DNA from: Candidatus Poribacteria bacterium
GTDB taxonomy: Bacteria > Poribacteria > WGA-4E > WGA-3G
Length of the DNA: 64,000 bases
Direction of reading: 5' to 3'
Assembly: GCA_965197475.1 (NCBI GenBank)
Contig: CBDANF010000003.1
Span: 1,984,001-2,048,000, forward strand
Shown here piece by piece: positions 1-10,900 of the stretch. The translations under genes and the position numbers were made by a program. Within the stretch, counting starts at the first letter, position 1. Every line of letters begins with the position of its first letter. The notes beneath the pieces are model-generated. The model was not told the DNA's origin. It worked only from the letters and a program-made list of their open reading frames with translations, and made no database searches.

Positions 1-2
1 TA

Positions 3-416
3 ACTACGTTTGTCAAGTCCAGCGTGTGTAAACGGCTCTGGGCGGTGCGGGGGAAGGAACTAAAATATCTTTCATTTCCACATGACGAACAACTCATGGA
101 TGATGAGAACTATAAACAAAATCCGTTAGTTGCTGGTTTAAATGCCGAAGCGTGTACGCATGAAACAGTGGAAGATGAAGTGATTCGGCAGCTTGAGGTG
201 GAACAATTCTGTGAACATTTACCGCAATTTTTGGCAAAACTCACCGAGCAACAACGCCGTGTACTCGAAATGAAGTTTTTCGAAGAACGCAGCGGTGTTG
301 AGATAGCCAAATATCTCGGCATCTCTAAAGGTAGAGTTAGCCAAATTCTGAAGACCGCTTTGGAAAAGGTGAAAAAGGCGTATCTCCTTGCACTGGAAAC
401 AGGTTTTAACATTTAG
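3..416 (+). CDS. Sigma-70 family RNA polymerase sigma factor, 5' end outside the window
   Basis: The frame is open from the window edge (TTFVKSSVCKRLW..., region-2-like). The C-terminus has a region 4 HTH: LAKLTEQQRRVLEMKFFEERSGVEIAKYLGISKGRVSQILKTALEKVK. Confidence 0.8.
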   Translation, partial: TTFVKSSVCKRLWAVRGKELKYLSFPHDEQLMDDENYKQNPLVAGLNAEACTHETVEDEVIRQLEVEQFCEHLPQFLAKLTEQQRRVLEMKFFEERSGVEIAKYLGISKGRVSQILKTALEKVKKAYLLALETGFNI

Positions 417-497
417 TACAGAGGTGTTGAAACGACTGAAGACAATTCCAGATAAAGAAAGGTAAATACGTTGAGATTATTGCCTTAGTAATAATAT

Positions 498-574
498 TCG
501 GTGATATTCCACCGACATTAAAGTCAACGTTCCCGACGTTGACTTTATGAAAGACCGGCACCCGTGTGGGTGCC
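498..574 (+). promoter_or_regulatory. Structured leader of three consecutive hairpins directly before the RBS
   Basis: Stems are tcggtg/caccga (498-515), taaagtcaacgt/acgttgacttta (519-547, perfect 12 bp) and ggcaccc/gggtgcc (557-574). AGGAG follows at 578-582. Confidence 0.55.
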
Positions 575-591
575 AAAAGGAGATGACGAAA

Positions 592-2151
592 ATGTTGAAC
601 AAGACAACTTTGATTGCAGCTGCAATAGTTTCCCTATGTTTGCTCAGTTTTATCGGTTATAGTGATGCGTTTGAAATTAGTCAATTCATACCTCAGTCAG
701 GTTCATATAAAGAGACCCTCATTGACATGGAATGTGGGAGCCACAACATTTATATAGAAACAGATACACCATTTAATACAGTCACTGTTTCTGTTACTGA
801 TGCCTCTGGGAACTTTATCTGTTCACAAACTGAAAACGGAGATACGACAGAACAAATAAGTACTCTCATCTACATACCTTACAGCTACTTTTCAGACGCA
901 AGCACCAGTGGTGTTAATTATACGATTTCAGTAGTAACATGGGGCTGGGACGGTGATGATGTATTACGTAAGGATACCGACTCCTACACGATCAAAGTCT
1001 ATGAACCTATCACTATTGAATATGTTGGATACGGTTCTGGTAGTTCAGAGAATATGATTGCTGGTGAAACTCACTACGGTTATGCGCAATTTGGCGAACC
1101 TTTCTTATTCGTCGATTGGTATGTAAGAGGTCCAGGCGAAACTGGACTTGGAACACTCGTGAATACAGACTGTGGTGATGGAACTTCAGCCATTTCTTAT
1201 TTTTCCCATGCGTTTGCCAGCGGCAGTACAACGGGTGAAGAGTACGAGATTACGGCTTATGCTTGGCCAGCCAGCAGTGAGGATTTCTCATCCGACCTCG
1301 GTGGATTTAATTGGGATTCCTACACCGTGACGGTATGGACTCCGCCTGAAGAAGTCATCACTACGCCAGACGAGCTCACAATTACAGACGACATCAAAAT
1401 TGGCGATTCTTATGCGTTTACTGTTGATGCCACATCCTCAAGTAGTAACTATGTTATTGATGAAATAGAGGTGTTTGTAGATGGAGTTTCTATAGCATCA
1501 CAAAGTTTCTCTGGGATAGGCAGTGCTTCACTAAATGTTACTGGTTCTCTTTCAACAGCTGCGGGCTCAAGTACGACTGTTACTGCAAGTATTAAAGGAG
1601 CCATATTGAAGGGCGGTATTCGGTTTGGAGCACTCTTTATATTCGATAGGATATGGACTGGGATTTTAAGGGGTACCGTTTGGGGTTATTGCCAATGTGC
1701 TGACGATGGTGATGAATTGGATAACAAGAGGTCAGTTGCATACACCTGCACAGTTGAGTCTGAATCGGGATCACAGGATGAACAACAAACTGATTACCGC
1801 GATAATTCTACGTCGGTTAAATGGACAGTTAGTACTGTGACACTTACAGATGAAGGAACAGATTGGACAACAGTTCATGGCAAATATTCCTTTCCGAATG
1901 ACGTGCCTTTTGGATTTGATGTCACGTTATGGCTCAAGTCTGATGATCTTCACGATCATGGTCAGTGCGGTCAAGCGACGCAGAAGCTAGTTTGTAAGTA
2001 TCAAGAGGATACGAACATTGGTAAGATAGGCAGGACTATCCTGAGATGGATTCCCCGGGACTGGGATAGGTTTCAGCATAACTTTAATGAATCACCCGTA
2101 ACCACATACGATCCCTGTGACGACCCTTATCCTGTTGAATTTGACGATTAA
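592..2151 (+). CDS. Secreted acidic Ser/Thr-rich protein with Ig-like repeats and a C-terminal carboxypeptidase-regulatory-like (prealbumin-fold) domain
   Basis: RBS AGGAG precedes ATG 592. Signal peptide MLNKTTLIAAAIVSLCLLSFIGYSDA. Internal repeat G.xYxI...W...DSYT(I/V)xV(Y/W). C-domain motifs RGTVWG and TVHGKYSFPNDVPFG. Confidence 0.7.
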   Translation: MLNKTTLIAAAIVSLCLLSFIGYSDAFEISQFIPQSGSYKETLIDMECGSHNIYIETDTPFNTVTVSVTDASGNFICSQTENGDTTEQISTLIYIPYSYFSDASTSGVNYTISVVTWGWDGDDVLRKDTDSYTIKVYEPITIEYVGYGSGSSENMIAGETHYGYAQFGEPFLFVDWYVRGPGETGLGTLVNTDCGDGTSAISYFSHAFASGSTTGEEYEITAYAWPASSEDFSSDLGGFNWDSYTVTVWTPPEEVITTPDELTITDDIKIGDSYAFTVDATSSSSNYVIDEIEVFVDGVSIASQSFSGIGSASLNVTGSLSTAAGSSTTVTASIKGAILKGGIRFGALFIFDRIWTGILRGTVWGYCQCADDGDELDNKRSVAYTCTVESESGSQDEQQTDYRDNSTSVKWTVSTVTLTDEGTDWTTVHGKYSFPNDVPFGFDVTLWLKSDDLHDHGQCGQATQKLVCKYQEDTNIGKIGRTILRWIPRDWDRFQHNFNESPVTTYDPCDDPYPVEFDD

Positions 2152-2164
2152 GACTTCCGCGTAT

Positions 2165-2216
2165 TTATATTAACAAGTTATAGGCACCACTTGGCACCTA
2201 TAACTTGTTAATATAA
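2165..2216. terminator. Perfect 20-bp inverted repeat after the 592-2151 gene (terminator or processing stem)
   Basis: ttatattaacaagttatagg (2165-2184) pairs with cctataacttgttaatataa (2197-2216), 12-nt loop. Confidence 0.6.
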
Positions 2217-2334
2217 CGTGAGTTCGGTATAAGCAATTTTTAGGAATTGGTGCGGTTAGAAACCGCACCTACCGAGGCTATCAGGTAGAATTCGAAGTAT
2301 TAAGAACTTCATATCTTACACCGAACGTACGTTA
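2214..2334. mobile_element. MITE-like element with an internal GTAG-type REP
   Basis: TIRs taacgtgagttcggtataag / cttacaccgaacgtacgtta (17/20), with ATA on both flanks. Internal palindrome ggtgcggttagaaaccgcacctaccgag (2249-2276) recurs inverted at 26890-26917. Confidence 0.7.
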
Positions 2335-2356
2335 ATATAAACTTAAGGAACACACA

Positions 2357-2875
2357 ATGCGCAAACACGTTCATCCAATTTTCAACAATCGAACGGTTCC
2401 TATATTTATAATCTTACTGGCAATATTGGTTTTTATTGCTATTAATATGGCTGCAGAGCCCATCCTTTTGATATGGCATAATCTGTTTCGCGGAACGGTT
2501 TATGGTAAACTCATTGATGTCATTGACATTCCGGCTGGTGCAAGGCGAGTCAGTTACGCGAACAGTTCAGCTTTTCACGCTATTCCTGATCCTGTTGGAA
2601 GTGTAAAAGTTTCCTGGTATGCTATCGGTAGAACTAGACCAAAAAATTTCCTCGTTTTTACAAGTTCTACAGGCAATTACAACTTTATTCGCGAAGTACC
2701 GGTAGGGCAAACGCTAATCGTCAGAAGAACATTGAAGAATGGGGAGATCATCGAAAAGTATGTCCGTATTAAGAATACCAAATCGTTCCTTGGACTCCCT
2801 ATAGACAATGGAAGTCCGACCCAGCTTAATTTTACGAAAACCACTAAAATATCGATTGCGAATTCTAACCGTTAA
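2357..2875 (+). CDS. Small membrane-anchored protein, paralog of the C-terminal domain of 592-2151
   Basis: N-terminal HVHPIFNNR, a TM helix, then IWHNLFRGTVYG and FTSSTGNYNFIREVPVG. Confidence 0.75.
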   Translation: MRKHVHPIFNNRTVPIFIILLAILVFIAINMAAEPILLIWHNLFRGTVYGKLIDVIDIPAGARRVSYANSSAFHAIPDPVGSVKVSWYAIGRTRPKNFLVFTSSTGNYNFIREVPVGQTLIVRRTLKNGEIIEKYVRIKNTKSFLGLPIDNGSPTQLNFTKTTKISIANSNR

Positions 2876-2910
2876 CACTTTACAATTCTACTTTTTACAA
2901 GGAGGTCACA

Positions 2911-4104
2911 ATGCGTTATCTATTCAGGTTTATTCTTTGCTGTGTTGTGTTTTCTGTTTACATGCTTACACCTATTGACGCAATAAAACTGAAAGATTTT
3001 AAATACTTAGGACTCATTCACCCGAATGTTTTTTCACCGGATGGCAATCGTCAAATTCTGATTGTGGAAAACAGATATCCTGGTGGATCCGTATTTTCAC
3101 TTAGGATTTGGACGATGGGTAAGAAGGGAACGCAACGTTTTGGTATTCATTCCCTCACCCCTGTCTATAAAGAGGTGGTCGCGGTTCCTGGTGGAAATAA
3201 TATTGGTTTTGTGGAGTTTGATACAACCCGCGGTTATAGTGTTCATATCCTTATGCCGGATACACTGGAGGCACAGCGGGATCTCGCTTACGAAAACAGC
3301 AGCCCTATAGAGCAGCTCCAATTTTCCAAAGATGGACAGTACTACTGTTTCTTTCTATCCTTCAAACCACACCCGTTTCAGTCGTTGGAGCAAAAGATGA
3401 GTAAAAAAGTTTCTTTAGTACTCCAACCTCCAGGGTGGATGATCTACAAAAAAGATGGGGATTTTACTCCGAATAAGGATGGCGGCCTCATTTTCTCTAA
3501 GCAAGAAAAAGAAGCGTTTACAGAGTGGGCACCGATTGAAAAACCGAAAGTGATTCCGAAGCTTTTCACACAACCGATGCCTAAAATTACCTTGGAAACG
3601 CAGGTGCAATGGTCCCCAGATTCGAAATATATCTATGTTTTAGATGACACAGGTATCTGGCGAGTAAAACCAATTCCTACCTATTTTCCAATGTGGACGA
3701 AGGTGGTAAACGCGAAAAGGGTGCTTCGATTTCGTCTCTCACAGACAGGAAACAAGTTATTGTATGAAATAACTCCAGATTTGAAAGCTCAATCTGATGT
3801 GGAAATAAGAAAGGACCCGCATGGATTGGAAAACGAAATTTGGTTGGTATCCCTCGACCCGATCAACGTTGAAAAAGCGTTACCTACAAAAGCCGAGGCA
3901 ATAGCAGCGAGAGGTCCCGTATGGCAACTTGATGTAACCACAGAACTGTCTCCCCGAAAAATTGCAAAAGGATGGGGCGCCTCCTTTAATCCTTATGGTA
4001 AGTCAGTAAATTATGCTGACCTTGAAGGTGGGAAGATATTAAACCTTGAAACAATGAAATCTGGGCTTGTTGAGTGGACAGCGAGAAAGACTTTGAGGTT
4101 TTAA
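2911..4104 (+). CDS. Secreted TolB/WD40-like beta-propeller protein
   Basis: RBS AGGAGG and a signal peptide. Propeller blade motifs FSPDGNR, FSKDGQY, WSPDSKY, LSQTGNK, FNPYGKS. Confidence 0.65.
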   Translation: MRYLFRFILCCVVFSVYMLTPIDAIKLKDFKYLGLIHPNVFSPDGNRQILIVENRYPGGSVFSLRIWTMGKKGTQRFGIHSLTPVYKEVVAVPGGNNIGFVEFDTTRGYSVHILMPDTLEAQRDLAYENSSPIEQLQFSKDGQYYCFFLSFKPHPFQSLEQKMSKKVSLVLQPPGWMIYKKDGDFTPNKDGGLIFSKQEKEAFTEWAPIEKPKVIPKLFTQPMPKITLETQVQWSPDSKYIYVLDDTGIWRVKPIPTYFPMWTKVVNAKRVLRFRLSQTGNKLLYEITPDLKAQSDVEIRKDPHGLENEIWLVSLDPINVEKALPTKAEAIAARGPVWQLDVTTELSPRKIAKGWGASFNPYGKSVNYADLEGGKILNLETMKSGLVEWTARKTLRF

Positions 4105-4145
4105 GTAACTTCATTAGATACCCTTCGATTTTCGTACACAAGTAT

Positions 4146-4183
4146 AGCAAGTAGAGAAAACCATCCGGTTTCCTCTACTTGCT
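4146..4183 (+). terminator. Stem-loop after the propeller gene
   Basis: agcaagtagag / ctctacttgct 11-bp stem, extended by aaaacc/ggtttc. No clear U-tract. Confidence 0.5.
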
Positions 4184-4190
4184 GTCACGT

Positions 4191-4518
4191 CTAAAGGAGA
4201 CACAAAATGCCAAAGCATAAACCAGTTCATCCAATCTTAAACAACCGGTGGAATCCTGTGATTGAATTCGTAAGTGATATTCTACTTTATATATTTTTGG
4301 TGTAGTTGGGATAGTGTGTGGTGTTAGTTAGGATTGTGTGCCACAGGCTTTTTGAGGAAGGAATTTGCCACAAGATCGCCATCGAAAAGCAGAGCCATTT
4401 GAAGGGGTTACAAAGATCACAAGAGTAATTCGTGACAATTGAATGTCTCTCTCATACCTAAAGGAGATACGCAATGCCAAAGCATAAAACAGTTCATCCA
4501 ATCTTAAACAATCGGTGG
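4191..4518 (+). repeat. 61-bp direct repeat covering RBS and first 15 codons (4191-4251 and 4458-4518)
   Basis: 56/61 identical: ctaaaggaga......atgccaaagcataaa.cagttcatccaatcttaaacaa.cggtgg. Confidence 0.9.
4207..4428 (+). pseudogene. Decayed copy of the HPIxNNR membrane-anchored paralog
   Basis: Begins MPKHKPVHPILNNRW, with in-frame TAG at 4303 and 4312. It continues IVCHRLFEEGICHKIAIEK, which aligns with NVWRGFFEGTIYGKVVMEK of the next copy. Confidence 0.7.
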
Positions 4519-4934
4519 CTACCCGTATTGGGATTCATAGCTTGGATATTGTTTTCAATCCTTAGCGGGATAGCTGAAAATGTATGGCGCGGGTTTTTCG
4601 AAGGGACAATTTACGGCAAAGTTGTTATGGAGAAAGGTGATACCGCTCCGCAACATGTTGAAATATTGAGATTTCGTGGAGTGCTGGTTCTGTAACAAAG
4701 CAGTGTACGCCAGTTTTTACGAATTCCAAAGGTGAGTACCGCTTTGATCGTGATGTACCGGTTGGGTATCACCTTAACATGACCGCAAAATATGGAAAAT
4801 ACCGCAAGATCAGAATAAATGTGGGTGAAATTGAGGGTGTAAAATGGTTTCTTGGATTGCCTGTCTCGTCGGGCATACCGAAGCGGGTTGATTTTACGAT
4901 ACCCGATATACCGCCTCCGATTGTTGACAATTAA
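4474..4934 (+). pseudogene. Frameshifted (or mis-sequenced) HPIxNNR paralog
   Basis: The frame changes near 4655-4667. The second frame reads EISWSAG...VFTNSKGEYRFDRDVPVG...KWFLGLPVSSGIPKRVDFT, collinear with 2357-2875. Length 461 nt, one base short of 154 codons. Confidence 0.8.
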
Positions 4935-4940
4935 TAGACA

Positions 4941-7900
4941 TTATTGAAATTCACCTCTCACCGTCAGCGCACTTGCAATGGAGAGGAAATCCCTACCCTC
5001 TTCAACCCTATCGTGGTTGTAGCTAAGTCCCAAATGTAGATTCGCCGTTAGATGGTCACTGAGTTTGTAACCTGCGCGTAACGTTGTCTCGTAACGCTCA
5101 GAACGTTCCTCCTTATTGGCACCGTAGTTTTCCCTACGTATTGCCAAAGAGAAGGTATTGGTCAGGTCAAGGTCGTGCTTAAGTGGAATTCTGCCAAAAA
5201 ATGGCACGCGGATACCGCCTTCGGTCCGGTAGCGATAGTCAATACTAAAATTGGGTGTGATGATGAGCGCGTTACTCTCAATTCCGCTGCGCAGATGGTC
5301 ACGGAGGGTCGTACGAATCCCTAATGAAGTTCTGGTTTCTTCACTCCATTTGTGGATCCAACTTAGAGACGGCGTATGTGCGGCACTGTCGCTAAGGGTT
5401 ACTTCAAGGTTCGCACTCTGCCGTATCGTAAAACTATACCGTAGTTGGAAACTGGATGCTTGTTGTGGATTGATCTTGACATCCGCTTCGTAGGTCTCCG
5501 CGTGTGATGTAAAAGTGCTACCATAACTTTTCCGAAAACTATCGGCTGTGCTGAGATTAGTTCCGAAAGAGAGCGATTTCCACGGACTTACGGAAGTCCG
5601 TACTGTGTAGCGGTTGCTTTTCCGTGAATTCGTCCGTTCATTTGCTTCTGGATCAAGCCTCCAAATCTCTATCAAAGATTGCCCGGACACAAGTTGGCGA
5701 AAGGATTCGGTAGCGGTGAAATTGGCATTGGTGTTAATCGTAAATGAATTGATTATTCGATGAAATAGTCCTTCTTGTGCAGTAGCAGGCGTATTCTTTT
5801 GTGCTGTATCCATCTCGACTTTATCGCGGTTAATCCAATCGGTTTGCTCCTCAGCTAACTTTTGGATTTGGGTTTCGTCAATACCATTTTCCCGCAACTG
5901 TTCAAGTTGCTGTTCTGCCAGTGGCTTTTTTCCCAATTTTTGAATTGTTGCATCCTCACTCTCTTTTATCTCTTCGGTTTCCGGTTTTTCTTTAGGCAAA
6001 AGCCATCCGAACCATTTTTGAATGCGTAGATTCAAACCGAGACTGATGTTTCCGTTGAGTGAAGCGTCTTTCTGTGAAGTGAACCAGTTTTCTCGAAAGC
6101 TCATACGACTTGTCACCGTGGGACGAAGACCAAGAAGATCGCGATTAAGGCGGGGGGTGAGTGAAAGTCGGTGCTCTCGTGCGGCAATAGAAAAATCAGA
6201 CAGCGTATCTTCACTGGCATCCTCTTCTACAGAAGAATCAGGGGTAGAGACCCCTCCTACAGTAAACGAAGAACGATATCGATTTTGATCACGTCTTTCA
6301 AGCGTTCGCCGCACATCGTAACTCGGGCTGAGACTGAATACGTTTATTGGACTGATGTTAAGCGTAATGGAACCGCTGTCTGTTTTTTCATCCCGATTTC
6401 TACCGTAACCATAACTGTAGTAGGAAGCTGATGATCCAGTTGTATCCGTTGCAGTTTCAGGCTTTGCGAGGATATCCTCATGCCGATACTGCACATTGAA
6501 CCCAAGTTTTGAACCGATATTGTACCGAAAAGTTCCCGTATATAGATGACTAATCTGTGTTCCTTGCCGCTCGTTCCAAAAATCCTGATAATTGTAGGCG
6601 AATCCAAGGTTGGGGAGGGGATTGCGTCTGAATTGCACTGAGACATCTCGGTTGTGAGTCTCACTCTTTCCACTTTGAAAAGAGCTGTAGCTGCCTCGTA
6701 GTGCCTCAGTTTCAGATTCCTGTTCCTTGATGGAATATCGGATTGGCAGCCAGGAAAAGAGTGTGACATCCGCATCAATATTGTAATCGTTGTTGGTTGT
6801 ACTATATCCTCTGGATGACAGACGTTGTCGCCCGATTTCACCTGCACCACTCTCAAAATCTTTGTCTTGGCTTGCGTAGCCACCGCGAAGCTCAATGATG
6901 CTACCCAGCGAAACGGACATGTTACCCCGGCGTGCCCATCCAGAGCGGATAAGTGGATCCCCAAGGTGGATTTCGTTAACCCAAACCTCACCACTAATTT
7001 CGCGCTCAGTGTCGTTTCGGATACCGAGCAATATACCACCGATATTTTTGATAGATAGCTGCGTTCTGCTTACCCCAGTTTCTGTGCCTCTGACAGTAAA
7101 ACCATCCGGATGTCCGTCAGGTGCATTTTGTGTGGGAGATGGTTGTGATTGCTGATTTGGTGTATCTATATCCTCAGTCTGATCTTCAATCCGATCCGGA
7201 TATTCATTCAAACTGTGGTCGCGTAGGTCAATTTCAATCAGTTTCCATCCTTCAAAGTTAATCAGTACGGTGTATTCATAATAGTCTGTTAGATTTTCAA
7301 AGATATTGACATCTTCTTCCTGTTGAGGTTGGTTGAGGAAGGAATCAGAACTATAAAAGGAACTTCGGTAGCCCGTGCGCACACTGGGTGCAAGTTGTAG
7401 GACAAAGGTGGTATAACTTCTATCACCGTACAACCAAAATCGAAGTGTGTCGTGTTTGCTAAAGTCCTGACCTTCGCTCTGCGTAAAACCTCTTAGCTGC
7501 TTGGAGGTGATGCCGTGGGATCCAGGGTAGAGATAGTATTCCAGGCTAAGCGTCTGCTCGCGTTGTTGCTGTGTTTGAAAACCGAGAGACGTCGCTGTGA
7601 ACGGATGTAGTTTTCTAAAAAGTTCATCGTCTTCGATTTCTAAATACGCGCTCTGATAGTCGTCATAACTGAAGTTATCCTTTGTGCCGACGATGAACTT
7701 TTCGATCGTATCTTCAACAACTTTTTGATCGGAAAGTCCGGTGGTTGTTTCTGTGAAGGATTGTGTGACGAGTCCCTGTTCCCATCTATTCCCAACAATT
7801 TCGATAGATGCCCATTGGAATGTGCCCTTGACGTTGCCAGGACGGTTCTTCATAAGCCAGAGGCGGAAATGTTGTACAAATACAAGGCTGGGAACACGCG

Positions 7901-10900
7901 ATCCTTCCGGTAAAAATTCAGAGAGCGGAATGCTAAGGAACGTCCATCCATTACTGTTTTTACTTTTAACCCATTCGTTGGGAATTTCATTGAGGGGAAC
8001 AGCAATCTGAAAATATGCATCAACGCTATCAAGCACGCCGTCGCCATTTAAATCCTCGCTATCCAAAATTTGATTGTCTGCACCAAGAGACTCTGGCTGA
8101 AATGCACCGTCATAACGCCAACCAACGTCTTCCCCAGTGTCCAGCTCACCGTTACCACGATATCGAAGTGCATCCGGCAGATTTTCAAGGTCAAGGTCAA
8201 GTGCGTCAACAATGTTGTCTCCGTTCGTATCCTCTAACGTCTGTGGAAGGTCTTCACTGTCAAGCCGTCCATCAGCATCTGTATCTTCATTTACGGCACC
8301 GACGTTGAGATAGAGCGTCACATCGTCGTCACCCTGTACGCGCATCCACATTTCAATAAAACCGCGTTCAGAATAGTCAACGCCAGATTTTGATATGCCG
8401 TTTGAGAAACCTCCCCACTCTTCAACGACATCTGTAAAATCATATCCAATTTCCATAATCAACCGTTCCTCGGTCGAGAGCGAAAGTGGCTGAATTGACG
8501 ATGCAGGTACATCTCGGTTTCGCATATAGTTGCCAACGGCTTCCGATTCTTCCCTATCTTTCAAAGCAACCTTAAAAAGTGCTCTATTCTCCTGCGTCGG
8601 TAACACAGTATAATTGTGTGTAGGTGAATCTGTCTGTTCCGATTCTGGGATGTATGGCACGCTACTCGGTTTCCAGTTGTATTTAATAGTTGGTATTGTT
8701 GTTGTTTCCTTCACGCCCTCCATGCTATCAATCAGTGCCACGCCGATGCTGTTCGGATTGTTGTGTGAATAAGCCGACTCCCCGCTAAAGTCAATGGAGA
8801 GCGGGAAATTTTGGACATTCACAAGAGGCAGCGGGTTTAGCAGCCATGCTATATTGAAAGATCTACCGAAACTTGTGTTGATATTAAACGCTTGCAATCG
8901 GTTGGGAACGCTGTTTACATCCGGTATCTCAGCAGGTTTCTGCCCTGTAGTTAAGATATAGCCTGTTGAGATGGTAAACCCTTTTTGGAAAATCGGATTG
9001 AAATAATTCATGCCGGTTCCATAACCCCCCAAATAACTGGGTCCGATTCTCGAACGGCCGCCAAAACTTCCGAAACTGCTATATCCGCCGCTAAAGTCAC
9101 TGCCACCGAAACCGGTTCTACCTAATCCTCTGTTAGCACGCGAACCAGTAAGCGGAAAATTCTCAGAAAACGGGTCTTTGCCAAGATTGTTATTATCCAA
9201 ACCTATCTGTGTTGTTGGCATTCCTCCCAAACGATTGAACCTGTCCTCAAGATTCTGTTCTTTCACCGATTTGGGTTTCGGTTTATGTGTATATTCTACC
9301 CAAATACCTGCAACTGCTTGTTGTGAACCGCCACCGAACGGCGTTTTTTCAAATTCCACTACGATCTCGTCAAATTCATCAAGTTTTTTGAAAAATCGGA
9401 TTGTTCCGACTTCGTAAATCATCATGTAATCTGTGTCTCGCGTGAGGAGTTTTCCGTTTAAACGCACGGTTTCGCTGTCTGGAATAACAAATAATCCGAC
9501 ATTATAAGTTTCGGATTGATAGGAATAATCAGCAACAATTGTGTAAATCTGGTCAGATCTACGGATGGACTCAAGATAAATGGCTTCGTTGTTCAGTGAC
9601 TCTTGATATCGGTAGTATGGATGGTTCGGATCGTTAATTTGAAAGGGATGTAAATTTGGGAAACGTAACAATCCTCTATCGTAGTCAATGAATTCAGGAT
9701 CAACGATGCCATCCGCGTTTTGGTCTAATCCGAAAATTTCGATGTATGGCACAAGACCTGTGTCAGTCTGAAATGTCTCACTTTCTCCCTGTCGGATAAT
9801 TGTCAACTGAAAATCGCGAGGATTGATGTTTCTGTTGCCAAGGAAGTAAACGTTATCTGAAACTGTCCCGCGAAACCCCTTCGTTTTTAATACAACATAG
9901 CCAACCTCTTCACCCTTTTCATCAATAGAACTGTCTCCATTTTCATCTGCAAAGACGTTTCCTGGTTTTCCGACACTTCCACCGCCATTTCCCAGATATT
10001 CATAAGCAACAACGATAGTATAACTGGAGGCAATAGCGGATAAGAACTCAATCTCACCGGTTTGATAGTCAATGTTGTAGTCCTGTCCGGGAAACTGTGG
10101 GTTGAAGTAGCCTTGACTCGTCCGTTTGCCACCTTGGTTATTGCCGACGACGCTATCATCAATATAGATTTCCACACTACCCTGTTTGATTGGAAGATAT
10201 GCGTCGTGCAGTAAACCATCCTCGCCTTGATGTATTAAATAGTATCTATTTTTTACGTAATTCGCATCTGCGATCTGATTGCCGCGTGGCCCATATCCGT
10301 AGCTTGACCTCCGAGACTGTCCACGGAACGTACGCACTTCACGGACACCCTTACTTCTCGATCCGAAAGCGGTTACACGGGTGTTTTTATATTCAAATAC
10401 ACCTTCAAGTCCAAAAAGATTGCGGTTGATATTCAAGAATCGAGTGTTCGGCAGACTAAGCATGATGTCACCGAATGAGATAGTTTTGATGAAACTTTCA
10501 GGTTTGCCTTCATACCAAATTTTAATCTTCTGTTCTTTTGCACCACCAAGTCCGTATCCACCGTAGCTACTTGAACCGCCATACCCGCCACCGTAGGTAT
10601 CACCGGCATTATAATCCACTGCGATATGTGTCCGTTCACCTACACGACCGTGCAATCCAATCTTTTGCTGTTGTCTGATATTGATACTTGTAGCACGTGG
10701 AATACCACTCCTGCCGTAGCTACTGTACCCACTCCCATAACCTGACTCGAAACTGTCATATCCGCCGCCAAACCCGCTACTGTAGCCAAAATCTTCATAA
10801 CCGTACGAGGAGCTAAGACCGAGATCAAGTCCAGAACCGTACTCTCCATAGCTACCGTAACCATAGCCTCCATAGCGGTTCAAATCACCTTCGCCGAAAT

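Noticed and set aside
2165-2340. CRISPR-like repeats
   Set aside because: These are inverted repeats and dispersed REPs, not regularly spaced direct repeats with unique spacers. No cas genes are present.
592-4934. Diversity-generating retroelement explanation for the repeated domain
   Set aside because: No reverse transcriptase is in the window. The copies differ at all base types and by indels rather than only at adenines, and the near-identical part is at the 5' end.
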